From contig CAXWPL010000001.1 in the NCBI GenBank assembly GCA_963666215.2, forward strand, positions 480,001 to 544,000: 64,000 nt of DNA. Direction: 5' to 3'. Below are positions 49,710 through 60,062 of the stretch, piece after piece (position 1 is the stretch's first letter; each line of letters starts with the position of its first letter). A model generated the notes under the pieces. That model had not been told where the DNA came from, searched no databases, and worked only from the letters and a program-made list of their open reading frames with translations. This DNA is from Acidobacteriota bacterium (GTDB lineage Bacteria > Acidobacteriota > UBA890 > WLXD01). The translations under genes and the position numbers were made by a program.

Positions 49710-49974
49710 GCGAGGGTGGCAAGCTCGGTAGGAGGAGCCTCTACAGGCGCCTGATTCGGGAGTTGTGGGCGGAAAGGATCGACAAGCATGCGTTGCCACT
49801 GGGGGATTCGTTGACGGGTTCCGGGCCGACGGGGCGCAGCGCTGCTGGCCGGTTCCGGATGTATCCGGGGCGCCCGGCACCACCTTATCGCGACTCGGAG
49901 GATTCGTCTTAGCCCGACAGACTTGCACCGCCTACGGCCGGCGTGCCAGCGCGACGCCTTCAGAGCCAAGACTT

Positions 49975-50352
49975 GACGCTCTTGTCACCTTCGCCGCGAT
50001 CGCGCTGTTGCTGTCGCTGATCGGCGTCTACGGCGTGTTGAGCTTCGCCGTGGGGCAACGCACCCACGAGATCGGCATCCGCATGTCGCTGGGCGCCGGA
50101 CGCGGCAGCGTGCTGCAGCTGGTGGTTGGGCGAGGGATGCGGCTTGTCGGTTTGGGACTGGCGATCGGTCTGGCGGCCGCCATGGGGCTGACGCGCTTCA
50201 TGCAGTCGCTGCTGCACGACGTGAGCGCCACCGATCCGCTGACCTACATAGCGGTTGCGCTGCTACTGGCCGGTGTCGCCGCGCTCGCCTGCACGATTCC
50301 GGCCGCACGCGCGGCGCGCGTCGACCCGATGATCTCGCTGCGGTCCGAATAG
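49975..50352 (+). pseudogene. Orphan C-terminal FtsX fragment of an ADOP permease
   Basis: FAAIALLLSLIGVYGVLSF..RTHEIGIRMSLGA..PAARAARVDPMISLRSE*. Confidence 0.88.
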
Positions 50353-50450
50353 CGCGCGAGATCCTGGACGAGATCAAATGTCGGAACCCAGGTAAACGGG
50401 CTATTGGGTGACGGGGTGACTCGACGGCGACGCCTGCGAGCCTGGCTGAG

Positions 50451-51404
50451 CTAGGACCGGCTCCGAACTGCCGCGGCGCCGACCGGACCGAGCCACTCGT
50501 CGATGAGATGCCGCGATATCGACGTGATGGGCGACAGTCGGAGCTCACCGTCGGCCACGCCCGCGAGAATTTCGTTGCGTTCGAACCAACGCGCCTCTTC
50601 GAGCTCGTCGTCCTGAATCTTCAGCTCGTCGCCGGCCGCCACCGCGCTGAACCCGAGCATCAGAGACGACGGGAAGGGCCAGGGCTGCGACGAGTTGTAA
50701 ACAATGTCGTGCACCGCGACACCCGTCTCCTCGAGCACCTCGCGACGCACACAGTCCTCGAGGCTTTCGCCGGGCTCTACGAAGCCGGCGAGCACCGAGA
50801 ACCAGCGCTTCGGCCATGTTGCCTGTCGACCCAGCAACACGCGCTCGCCGTGGGTCACACGCACGATGATCGCGGGGTCGGTGCGTGGAAAATGCTGGCG
50901 CCCACAGCCTTCCGCGCGGCAGCGACGTAAATAGCCTGCCTGCTCGACATCGGTAGACGCGCCGCAAGCGCCACAGTAACGATGTGTTTGGTGCCAATGC
51001 ACCATGGCGCGCGCGTACGCGGCCAGGCCAGCCTCGCGCGCCTCCATCAGAAGGCCAGCGCGACGTAAATCGACGAAGCTCGCGTGGTCGAGGCCGGAAT
51101 CGGAGGGCGTGGCGTCCTGGTCGGACCAATCGAGCGCGAAGTACACATGTTGGTCGTCGCGCCCCAGCAGAACACTGGCGACGCCGACGTCGGGGTCGGG
51201 GTCGGGCGCAACACCGCAGGCGCTCGCCTCCAGCAACACGAGACTCGGCGACTCATCGCTCGACAGCAGCGACTTCACTCCCGAAACGGGGACGAAGCGC
51301 GCTTCGGGTGATGTGCGGGCGCTCTCGACCCAGGCCGAATCGAGGCGGTGCAAGGCAAGGCGGTCGATCCACGAGCTGCCGTAGAAGTGTTGAGCTTTCG
51401 ACAT
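50451..51404 (-). CDS. nudC: NAD(+) diphosphatase (Nudix)
   Basis: Zn finger YCGACG..C..C, FPRTDPAII, AGFVEPGESLE..REVLEETG, SQPWPFPSS. Confidence 0.95.
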   Translation of the reverse strand: MSKAQHFYGSSWIDRLALHRLDSAWVESARTSPEARFVPVSGVKSLLSSDESPSLVLLEASACGVAPDPDPDVGVASVLLGRDDQHVYFALDWSDQDATPSDSGLDHASFVDLRRAGLLMEAREAGLAAYARAMVHWHQTHRYCGACGASTDVEQAGYLRRCRAEGCGRQHFPRTDPAIIVRVTHGERVLLGRQATWPKRWFSVLAGFVEPGESLEDCVRREVLEETGVAVHDIVYNSSQPWPFPSSLMLGFSAVAAGDELKIQDDELEEARWFERNEILAGVADGELRLSPITSISRHLIDEWLGPVGAAAVRSRS

Positions 51405-51432
51405 CGACCGTCTCTACCCTATGGTTGGTTCC

Positions 51433-52593
51433 ATGCCTCGCGCTCCACACCGATCCTCCGCCGTAGCTGGCATGCAGGGATCGCTGTTTTCCCAGCTCGC
51501 CCACCGGCTGCAGAACTTCGACGGCGAAGTGTATCCGCTGCACGTCGGCGACACCTGGATGGAGCCCGCGACCGGCTGCCGCATGCAAGATCTGGACGTT
51601 GCCGAGCACCCTGGCATGCACAAGTACGCGGCGCCCCACGGGCTCGGTGTGCTGCTCGACGCGCTCGTCGAGCGGGTTGCGACACGCACTGGCGTCCCAT
51701 GCGAGCGCGACGAGGTGCTGGTGGCGGCGGGGGCCACCGGAGCCCTTGGTGCTGTCGTTGGCGCCACCATCGACCCCGGCGACGAGGTGCTGCTCGTGGC
51801 GCCGTACTGGCCCCTCATCCGCGGCATCGTTGCGTCGGGGCGCGGCGTTCCGATCGACGTGCCCGTGATCGGCGAGGCCACCAGCGCCGCCGAGGCTGTG
51901 GCCGCACTGGAGGCGCGCATCACCGAGCGCAGCGCGGCGGTGTACCTCAGCACGCCCAACAACCCGACCGGCCGCGTGTTGCCTTCCGAATGGGTCGAAG
52001 CCATCGTGGAATGGGCCGTGCGGCAGGGGCTGTGGATCTACGCCGATGAGGTCTACGAGGACTACGTCTACGCCGGTGAGCACCGCTACTGTCGCAGCCT
52101 GGCTCACGCGCGTACGTTCTCGGTGCACTCCTTCTCGAAGGCTTTCGGCATGGCAGGTAACCGCTGCGGCTACGTGGCCGGACCCAGCGAGATCATGCGC
52201 GAGGTGCGCAAGATCAGCGTCCACAGCTTCTACAGCACCTCCACGGCGTCGCAGCTCGCCGGCGCACGCGCCCTGGACGGCCGTGGCGATGCCTGGGTAG
52301 CGCAGGCTCGGCCGCTCTACATGGCGCTCGGCAACTACGCCGCCGATAAGCTCGACGTGCCGCCGCCTGAGGGCAGTCAGTTCCTGTTCCTCGACGTTCG
52401 CGACCACCTGAAGAGCCCCGACGAGGCGGGACTTCTGGGCTTTCTCGAGCGTTGCGCCGAGCGTGGCCTCTTTCTCGCTCCCGGCGAGAGCTTCGGCCCC
52501 TACCCCACCCACGTCCGCGTGTGCTTCACCTGCGCCGAGCCCGAGGTCGTGCGCCGCGGCATCGATGTCTTTGCCGACATCCTGAGCGTGTAG
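51433..52593 (+). CDS. PLP-dependent aminotransferase class I/II
   Basis: PNNPTG, DEVY, SFSKAFGMAGNRCG. Confidence 0.92.
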   Translation: MPRAPHRSSAVAGMQGSLFSQLAHRLQNFDGEVYPLHVGDTWMEPATGCRMQDLDVAEHPGMHKYAAPHGLGVLLDALVERVATRTGVPCERDEVLVAAGATGALGAVVGATIDPGDEVLLVAPYWPLIRGIVASGRGVPIDVPVIGEATSAAEAVAALEARITERSAAVYLSTPNNPTGRVLPSEWVEAIVEWAVRQGLWIYADEVYEDYVYAGEHRYCRSLAHARTFSVHSFSKAFGMAGNRCGYVAGPSEIMREVRKISVHSFYSTSTASQLAGARALDGRGDAWVAQARPLYMALGNYAADKLDVPPPEGSQFLFLDVRDHLKSPDEAGLLGFLERCAERGLFLAPGESFGPYPTHVRVCFTCAEPEVVRRGIDVFADILSV

Positions 52594-52608
52594 GAGGGAC
52601 GGCGGAGC

Positions 52609-53880
52609 TCAGAAACGGAACCCCGAAGAGAAGTGCAGCCGCACGTCGTCTTCGAGATCGTAGGCAACGTCGACGTTGATCTGCACGAAGGCCGCGAGCA
52701 GGAACACGCCAATGCCGGCGCCGTCACGAAAGCGTGAGTCGCTGAGAGACGTTCCGTATTCCCAAACCGTGCCGATGTCGTAGAAGAAGCTCAGGCCGGC
52801 GCGACCGAATCCCATCGGCGACGTCAGCGGCACGCGCAGCTCGGCCGACCCAATCGCCAGACTGTCGCCCACGAAGGCGGCCGTCCTGTAGCCGCGCAGA
52901 GTGGAATAGCCGCCTAGGAACCGCTTTTCGTAGAGCGGCAATGCGGCGTCGGCCACGTGGTAGATGCCGCGAACCGCCAGCACAGACTGTCCGATCAGGC
53001 GCTTGTACCCCTGCAGCTCGAAGCGAAATTGGTTAACCGAGGGGCGCTCAGGCAACGCCTCGCCGGCAACCGCGCCGGCCGAAAAATCGAGACGCTGCCA
53101 GCCGGCGCTGGCGAAAACGGAATCGCGCGGAAAGGCGATGTCGGGCCGAGTATCGAACTGTATCGAGGCTCCGTAGTCCACGAACCGCTGGTCCAGATCG
53201 CCGAACTCAACGTCGGTCCAGCCACCGCGCAAGGCCAAACGGAACCTCGAAGTGAGCCGACGATCGACCTGCAGCCAGGCCTCGTACCGCCGATCGTTGA
53301 TCTCGTAATGAGGGTTCTCTCGCTGCAGGATGGCGGCACCGGACCGCAGCGTCAGGGTGTCGTCGTTGAAGCTCTTTTCGAGCTCGAGCGCCGCGCGACG
53401 CACGCCGCCCCAGGTCAGTGGAATCGAGAGGCGCTCGTCGGCCCCGAGCAGGTCGACCACGCTCGAGCGCAGGCCGTAGGTAAGTCCGTACTCCTCAGTT
53501 CCTTGAATGATCGGCAGAAAGAGGAACTTGCTCATCAACGGCTCGCGCTCGTGCACCAGCAGGATGAGCACCACTTCGTCGACACGGGTCAGCGACTGGT
53601 ACCGCTTGCGCACTTCCGATGAGTCGAAGCGCCCCGAGTCCGACAGACGACTCTCGATCGCGGCCAGCTCCTCGTCGCCAATCGGTCCGCCAATGGTGAT
53701 GCCGGCAATCTGCAGAATCTCCTCGTCGGAGATCGAATGGTTGCCATGCACACGCACGGACACAACACGCTCCGCATCCTGGGTGGAGGCGGAAGCGGTT
53801 GCTGTCACAGGCACGAGGCCGAGGCAGCTCAGCACGAATATCGCCGGAAGGACACGCCGGCCTCGTGACAGGCGGCTCAC
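52609..53880 (-). CDS. Omp85/BamA-TamA family outer membrane protein (one POTRA + barrel)
   Basis: Signal peptide, VHGNHSISDEEI POTRA, LGGYSTLRGY, C-terminal Phe. Confidence 0.85.
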   Translation of the reverse strand: MSRLSRGRRVLPAIFVLSCLGLVPVTATASASTQDAERVVSVRVHGNHSISDEEILQIAGITIGGPIGDEELAAIESRLSDSGRFDSSEVRKRYQSLTRVDEVVLILLVHEREPLMSKFLFLPIIQGTEEYGLTYGLRSSVVDLLGADERLSIPLTWGGVRRAALELEKSFNDDTLTLRSGAAILQRENPHYEINDRRYEAWLQVDRRLTSRFRLALRGGWTDVEFGDLDQRFVDYGASIQFDTRPDIAFPRDSVFASAGWQRLDFSAGAVAGEALPERPSVNQFRFELQGYKRLIGQSVLAVRGIYHVADAALPLYEKRFLGGYSTLRGYRTAAFVGDSLAIGSAELRVPLTSPMGFGRAGLSFFYDIGTVWEYGTSLSDSRFRDGAGIGVFLLAAFVQINVDVAYDLEDDVRLHFSSGFRF

Positions 53881-54920
53881 TGCTGCTCGGGTATCCGGAA
53901 GCGGACCGTCGCCGCCGCATCTGCCTGCTTGTATTCGTGGTACTCTAGGCGGTAGTCGAGCGTGAACGATCCAGCTGCCATCGTGGCCTTGCCGTAGGCC
54001 GTAATCAGCCGCGGCAGCCAGATGTCATCGTCGAACGGCCGATGCATGGTCATCGATGCTCGAATGTCGTCAAGCTGGACGAGCCAGCGGAGCGGCAGGT
54101 AGTCGAGTCCGACGTTGTCGAACGTGATCTTGACGATTTGGTGCGCCTCAGGGAGCACCCACATGGTGACCAGGCTGGTCTTTTCGAACTTGCGTGAATA
54201 GCTCTCGGCGAGCCGCTCGCCTGCATCCAGCTCGCCGTCGGCATCGTCGTCAAACTCCTCGTCGTCGAACATCCGCGTCGGGTAGTACTCGATGCGTACC
54301 ACGCGCATGTCGTCGATTTGCTCCCAGCCCGCGGCATAGTAGTTGCCCGGTTCGAAGCGGAAGCCGAGAAAATACTCGCGCTCGAGCGACTCTGCCGAGC
54401 TTTCCTCGCCGTCTGCTTCCGCGGCGTCGCGTCGCTCCGCAAGCTTCTTGGCTCGTCTCTCCTGTTCGCGCTTGCGCGCGCTCAACCAACTCTCCTCGTA
54501 GGCGATGCGCTCCGCGTCGGAAACCGGCCCGCCGTTGATACGGTCGGGGCTGCGGATCATATAACCGTCGCGGATGAACCAGGTGTACTCGCCCACTTGG
54601 CTCTCGAGCGTGATTCCGGCCGGCCCCTTCACGTCGAAGCTCTCGCGATCGCGCACCGTGTACTTGTACATGTCCTCGAGGTTCGCCCGCCGGCGGCGCA
54701 ATACGCGCTCCATGAAGGCGTCGATATCGGTATCGATGTCGGCCGCCACCTGGGGCATGGCCGCGCCGAGCTCCTCCGACTGCTGCAACCCGGCCGCGAA
54801 GCCAGGAGCAAAGTTACCGATGCCCGCGGCAACCGCGAGCACGGCAATCATCAGGCTCGTGTGCTTCCAGCGCGTAGAGCGGAGCGTGGGGGAAGACCCG
54901 GGCGAGAACATGCCTGCCAT
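53877..54920 (-). CDS. Hypothetical exported protein, coupled to the Omp85 gene
   Basis: Signal-like segment, beta-rich C-terminus (DIWLPRLI); GTGA overlap with the downstream gene; start approximate. Confidence 0.7.
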   Translation of the reverse strand: MAGMFSPGSSPTLRSTRWKHTSLMIAVLAVAAGIGNFAPGFAAGLQQSEELGAAMPQVAADIDTDIDAFMERVLRRRRANLEDMYKYTVRDRESFDVKGPAGITLESQVGEYTWFIRDGYMIRSPDRINGGPVSDAERIAYEESWLSARKREQERRAKKLAERRDAAEADGEESSAESLEREYFLGFRFEPGNYYAAGWEQIDDMRVVRIEYYPTRMFDDEEFDDDADGELDAGERLAESYSRKFEKTSLVTMWVLPEAHQIVKITFDNVGLDYLPLRWLVQLDDIRASMTMHRPFDDDIWLPRLITAYGKATMAAGSFTLDYRLEYHEYKQADAAATVRFRIPEQQ

Positions 54921-55154
54921 GCAACCAAACTCCAGACCCCCTCGGCAAGTGCACGCCCGAGGGAGCGCTGCCACCCGAGAGCGCGATGTCGCGAAACCTC
55001 GACGCCCGGCGCACCGTAACAGAACCCATCGGCGGCTCGCGGCGTCACACTCCTCAGAGCCGCACGCGAGACGCGTGCGCCAGCAAACGTCTTCTCGATC
55101 CGCTAACAAGAGGCCCGCCTCGCGGGCTCGCCCGACTCACCCGGAGAAAACCCG

Positions 55155-55973
55155 ATGAAACAGCTCGCCTCCCCCATGCGCCTCGCTGCCGCCACACTGG
55201 TCACTTTCGCCACCCTCGCGGCGGCGTCGGCTGGAAGTGCCGCCGTTGTCAACAACGCGCAGGACGACGAGTGCCAGTGGAGCGGAAGCATCGCCGCGGG
55301 CGATGCCATCGAGATCAAGGCCGCTAACGGCCCGCTCCGCGCCGAGATCGCGTTGGGCAACACCGTCGAGGTTTGGGCGACGAAAGAAGGTCCGGCCAAC
55401 GACCGCGCCGAGGTCGATATCGAGGTCGTCGAGCACGACGGCGGAGTCACGATTTGCACGATCTACCCCAGCAGCTGGGGCGGCGACAACTCGTGCGAGC
55501 CCGGGTCGGAAGGGCGCATCAGCTCGAACCGGAACAAGACCAAGGTCTCCTTTACCGTGCGCGTGCCGGCCGGAGTTCGCTTCGTTGGCACCACGATGAA
55601 CGGGATCGTGAGCGTCGAAGATCTTCAGAGCGATGTCGAAGCGACCACGATGAACGGCGCGATTAACGTCTCCACCACCGGGTGGGCACGAGCGACGACG
55701 ATGAATGGCGCGGTGGTCGCGCGCATGGGCCAGTCCAATTGGACGGGCGAGCTGGAGATCAAATCGATGAACGGCTCCGTAACCGTTGTGTTGCCCGCCA
55801 ACGCCAGCACCGAGATCAACGCCACCACGATGAACGGGCGCATCGAGTCAGACTGGTCGCTCGAGACGTCGGGCTGGCTCCGCAACAAGGCTCGCGGAAC
55901 GATTGGCAGCGGTGGCCGAAAGCTCGAGCTGTCGACCATGAACGGCGCGATCCGGATCCGACGATCGAACTGA
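55155..55973 (+). CDS. DUF4097-family beta-strand repeat protein
   Basis: Signal peptide; repeated ATTMNG.I/V units. Confidence 0.88.
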   Translation: MKQLASPMRLAAATLVTFATLAAASAGSAAVVNNAQDDECQWSGSIAAGDAIEIKAANGPLRAEIALGNTVEVWATKEGPANDRAEVDIEVVEHDGGVTICTIYPSSWGGDNSCEPGSEGRISSNRNKTKVSFTVRVPAGVRFVGTTMNGIVSVEDLQSDVEATTMNGAINVSTTGWARATTMNGAVVARMGQSNWTGELEIKSMNGSVTVVLPANASTEINATTMNGRIESDWSLETSGWLRNKARGTIGSGGRKLELSTMNGAIRIRRSN

Positions 55974-56217
55974 GCCGCTGAGCCGGCAACGCCGGTCCCC
56001 TGCGCCCCCCCAATGGTCCGATGGAAGGCAGGCGCGACCCGTCGACACGCCCGAATTACGAGATCCATCCAAGGAACCCTCGAGCTCAGGTGCGGTGGCC
56101 CGCCTGGTCCCGACAGCCGGAATGCTGGCCGGGCCCGTACCGGCGTGGCACCCGCGTTACACGATGGGCGCGTGCGTAATTGTGAGCCGTGGGGCGTGGA
56201 GTGATATAAAGCTCGCC

Positions 56218-56895
56218 ATGAGTTCCGAGAAGAGTCCCGGCCACGCCACCAAGATGTCGCTTCCACAGCAGCTTCCGCTGTTCCCGCTCGCGGGAACCGT
56301 GCTGCTGCCGCGCTGTCGCCTGCCGCTCAACATCTTCGAGCCACGCTACCTGCAGATGTTCGAGGACGCGATCGGGGGCAATCGGCTGATTGGCATCGTG
56401 CAGCCACGCGACGAGGCCGAGGTTGAGGTTGAGGACCAAGAGCCGGAGATCGAACCGATCGGCTGCGCGGGACGGATCACCTCGTTCGAAGAAACCGACG
56501 ACGGACGCTATCAAATCAGCCTCACCGGAGTGTGCCGATTCAACGTCGCCCGCGAGGTCGAGACCCAGAAGCTATACCGGATGGCCGAGCCGGACTGGGA
56601 ACCGTTCGGAACCGACCTGCGCCCCGCCGACGAGCCGCTGATCGACCGCGAAGAACTGGTGTCCGGCCTACGCGCCTATTTCGACGCCAAGGGCTTCGAA
56701 GCAAACTGGCAGGTCATCGACGCCTCCGAGAGCTCGGCACTGGTCAACTCGCTCGCCATGATCTGTCCGTTCGACGCCAGTGACAAACAGGCTCTGCTCG
56801 AGGCCGGCGACATCTCTGAGCGCGGCCGCCTGGTGATCGCGCTCATGAACATGGCCGTCCTGCCGAGCGGCGGACAGACCGAGCTGCTCCACTAG
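56218..56895 (+). CDS. LON peptidase substrate-binding domain protein
   Basis: LPLFPL..VLLP..LPLNIFEPRY, IGCAGRI, DGRYQISLTG, KQALLEA. Confidence 0.92.
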   Translation: MSSEKSPGHATKMSLPQQLPLFPLAGTVLLPRCRLPLNIFEPRYLQMFEDAIGGNRLIGIVQPRDEAEVEVEDQEPEIEPIGCAGRITSFEETDDGRYQISLTGVCRFNVAREVETQKLYRMAEPDWEPFGTDLRPADEPLIDREELVSGLRAYFDAKGFEANWQVIDASESSALVNSLAMICPFDASDKQALLEAGDISERGRLVIALMNMAVLPSGGQTELLH

Positions 56896-56925
56896 GTTCC
56901 GGTCGGGGCCAACGCCGCGCGAGGT

Positions 56926-58290
56926 CTATTGCGGCAGGTAGGCAATCTCGGCGTTGGTCTGCGAGCCGAGCATTTCGGAAAAGCTATCGTCGTTCAGATC
57001 GGTGAACGTACCGAAGAAGCGCGACCCGAAATAGTTGTTCTTGGCGCCACCAACGAACCTGCGTAACGGCTCCCCAGTCGCGGAGCTGCTGACGACCACG
57101 CGCCCCCTACGCGTCTTGCCGCGGCCGTTGCCAATCGCCAAAGACCCGGCTGCCAGATCCAGTAAGCCGTCGCCGTCGAAGTCGTTGGCGATGCCAATCG
57201 ATACGCCCAACCAGTCGTTGGCCCGCGTGCCATCGATACGGTAGAGCAGACTGCGATCCGCTCCAGAGAACACGAAGAGCGAGCCAGCGTCTTCCAAGCC
57301 ACCCACGTCGGTCGTCGGCGCGCCGATCACCCAGTCGACAATGCCATCCGCCGTCACGTCGAGCGTCGCCACCGAAAAGCCAAAGAAGTCTGCATCGGGC
57401 GGCGCGTCGATTCGATTGAGAACCGTCCCGTCGGCGCCCGAAAGTACGAATACCCGCCCGCGCGGGCGGCGCCCGGTTCGGCCCGGCGCTCCAACCAGGA
57501 GATCCGTCACGCCGTCGCCGTCAACATCGCCCGTCGCACGCAGCGAATAACCCAGGTGCCCGGCCGCCACGGTGCCGCGTCGCAGCCATTCCCGGCCGGT
57601 GGTGACGCTGTCGAAGAAGTGTACGGCGCCGGCCGCGGCCTTGGAGCCGTTGCGCTGTCGTGGAGCGCCCACGCCGAAGAACTCGTTCCACAAGTTCAGG
57701 GACGACGACGAGCTGCCCGGCGCGATGTCCCAACCAAACAGCGACTGCGACGGCCCCTCGAGCCGGGCGCGCTGCGACAACCTCCCCGGGCCACCTTGGA
57801 GAAGGATGACCGTCGGCAGGATGTCGCTGTCGGGAGTTGAGGGCGCGCCAACTGCCCAATGCGCCGAGATCGCGTTTCTCACGTGGCCAAGGTTGACGAT
57901 TTGGTGCCCGAGCCGACGAACAGGTTCCGACAAATCGGTGGGAGCCACGTTGTAGACGCGACTCGCGTCGGCCTCGTCGACCACCCAGACGGTGCCGAAG
58001 TCGGGGGCCTTTGGGCGATTGAACCCCGGTGCGCCCACCACCAACTGCGCCGTATCGCTGCCAGGAACCACGTCGAACCCCACCGACGTCCCGAACTCAT
58101 CGCCAACGCGTGTTCCGGTATAGCGCCGCAAAATCGAGCCGTCGGCGCCAGATCGAACGACAATCTCGCCTGTGCGCGCCTCGCCCTCTTGCGCACGTAC
58201 CGCGTCCGAGCTCGCGAGTGGTATCAGGGCGGCAACCGCCAAAGTGGCAACGAGCGAGATCTTGGCGCTTCTATTCGGCGCGTTGCGCAC
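56926..58290 (-). CDS. Secreted FG-GAP / integrin-alpha-like repeat protein
   Basis: FG...VVGAP repeats, GDVDGDGVTDLLVGAP, DFDGDGLLDL. Confidence 0.85.
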   Translation of the reverse strand: MRNAPNRSAKISLVATLAVAALIPLASSDAVRAQEGEARTGEIVVRSGADGSILRRYTGTRVGDEFGTSVGFDVVPGSDTAQLVVGAPGFNRPKAPDFGTVWVVDEADASRVYNVAPTDLSEPVRRLGHQIVNLGHVRNAISAHWAVGAPSTPDSDILPTVILLQGGPGRLSQRARLEGPSQSLFGWDIAPGSSSSSLNLWNEFFGVGAPRQRNGSKAAAGAVHFFDSVTTGREWLRRGTVAAGHLGYSLRATGDVDGDGVTDLLVGAPGRTGRRPRGRVFVLSGADGTVLNRIDAPPDADFFGFSVATLDVTADGIVDWVIGAPTTDVGGLEDAGSLFVFSGADRSLLYRIDGTRANDWLGVSIGIANDFDGDGLLDLAAGSLAIGNGRGKTRRGRVVVSSSATGEPLRRFVGGAKNNYFGSRFFGTFTDLNDDSFSEMLGSQTNAEIAYLPQ

Positions 58291-58529
58291 GGGGAACTCC
58301 GGCGGCCATCGCAGGCGCGGATGAACGGGTGAGGGCTGGTGCGAACCGAAACCGTAGCCGCAAATGGCCCCCGCGACAAGGGCGGGCGACGACGACAACC
58401 ACCTACAACCGTGATCGAGACGATACTCTCGGGCGCATGCGATCGCAGCTCATGCGCCAAGATTCACGCGACTCGAGTGACTCGAGGACCCTGGAGAGCT
58501 CTCGCTAACCGCTTGCCCGCAGGCCACCC

Positions 58530-60062
58530 ATGACCAAGGTTGAACGCTGGGAGATCGCGCCGGGACTGACGATCTCGCGGATCGTGACCGGTCTGTGGCA
58601 AATCGCCGACATGGAACGCGACGACGTCCTGCTCGATCCTGTGGCAACCGCAGCGGCGCTGGCACCGTACGTCGATAGCGGGCTGACAACCTTCGACATG
58701 GCCGACCACTACGGATCGGCCGAACGAATTGTCGGGGTTCTGCTGAAAGAGTCCACTGCAACGAGCGACCGCGTTCAGGCGTTGACCAAGTGGGTACCGC
58801 CGCCCGGCCCATCGACCCGAGATGAAACTCGGGCCGCCGTGCAGCGGGCGCTCGATCGACTCGAGTCGAAGCGTATCGACCTACTGCAGTTCCATACGTG
58901 GAACTACGCCGATCCGAGCTACCTCGACACGCTGCTGTACCTGCAGGAGCTCAAAGACGAAGGACTGATTCGACACATCGGGCTCACCAACATCGATACC
59001 GCGCACCTGCGGGTGATCCTGCACACGGGTATCGAAGTCGTTTCGAATCAGGTCAGCTTTTCGCTGCTCGACCAGCGGGCGCGCGTCAACGGCATGACCG
59101 CTCTGTGCCAAGAACACAGCGTGACGCTGCTGGCGTTCGGCACCGTTGCGGGCGGCTTCCTCACCGAGCGCTGGCTCGGTGAGCCGGAGCCCGATTGGCA
59201 AGCCCTCGAGACGTGGTCGCAGATGAAGTACGGCCGCTTCATCGCCGAGACCGGCGGCTGGGACGCTCTCCAGCGCCTACTGCGGGTGGTCGAGAGCATC
59301 GCCCACCGTCAGGAAACGTCGATGGCCAACGTCGCCTGCCGCTACGTCCTCGATCAGCCCTCAGTCGGCGGCGTGATTGTTGGCGCTCGGCCCGGCATCA
59401 GTGACCGCCGCGAAGACAACCTGCGTGTGTTCGGATTCGAGCTCAGCGACGAGGACCACGCAGAGCTCAACGCTGCCGTCGCGCGTCTGCGAGCCATCCC
59501 CGGCGACTGTGGCGACGAGTATCGCCGTGCGCCTTACCTCACCGCCTCGGGCGACCTCAGTCACCACATCGACGAGCTTCCGGCTCCCTACGAGGCCACC
59601 CTCGCCCCCAACGGCCGCACACGCGTGCTCAGCGGCACCGTGTGGGAGGACCACGCGGGCTTCAGCCGCGCTGTCGTGGAAAACGACCGCATCCTGATCT
59701 CGGGAACGACGGCGACGCACGGCACGATGTCGGTCGGCGGCAGCGACGCGGAAGCGCAGGCCCACTTCATCATCGACAAGATCGAGGGTGCCCTGCAGTC
59801 GCTCGGCGCCACCCTGGCCGACGTCATCCGCACGCGGGTCTACATCCACAACGCCGCCGACTGGGAAGCCATCTCGCGAGTCCACGGGCAGCGCTTTGCC
59901 GAAATCATGCCGGCGAACACACTCGTGCAAGCGGGACTCATCGGCAGCGGCTACTTGGTCGAGATCGAGGCCGAAGCGGTGCTTCGCGCGGAGTCCGACA
60001 CGCGATCCGCCACCCGAGCTGCGGGCCTGGTCATCTGTCGACAGTCGATCACACGTGGCTGA
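58530..60062 (+). CDS. Aldo/keto reductase fused to a C-terminal RidA/YjgF-family domain
   Basis: TGLWQ, FDMADHYG, IDLLQFH, SNQVSFSLLD; then WEDHAGFSRAV..ISGTTA..DVIRTRVY..PANTLV..LVEIEAEA. Confidence 0.9.
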   Translation: MTKVERWEIAPGLTISRIVTGLWQIADMERDDVLLDPVATAAALAPYVDSGLTTFDMADHYGSAERIVGVLLKESTATSDRVQALTKWVPPPGPSTRDETRAAVQRALDRLESKRIDLLQFHTWNYADPSYLDTLLYLQELKDEGLIRHIGLTNIDTAHLRVILHTGIEVVSNQVSFSLLDQRARVNGMTALCQEHSVTLLAFGTVAGGFLTERWLGEPEPDWQALETWSQMKYGRFIAETGGWDALQRLLRVVESIAHRQETSMANVACRYVLDQPSVGGVIVGARPGISDRREDNLRVFGFELSDEDHAELNAAVARLRAIPGDCGDEYRRAPYLTASGDLSHHIDELPAPYEATLAPNGRTRVLSGTVWEDHAGFSRAVVENDRILISGTTATHGTMSVGGSDAEAQAHFIIDKIEGALQSLGATLADVIRTRVYIHNAADWEAISRVHGQRFAEIMPANTLVQAGLIGSGYLVEIEAEAVLRAESDTRSATRAAGLVICRQSITRG

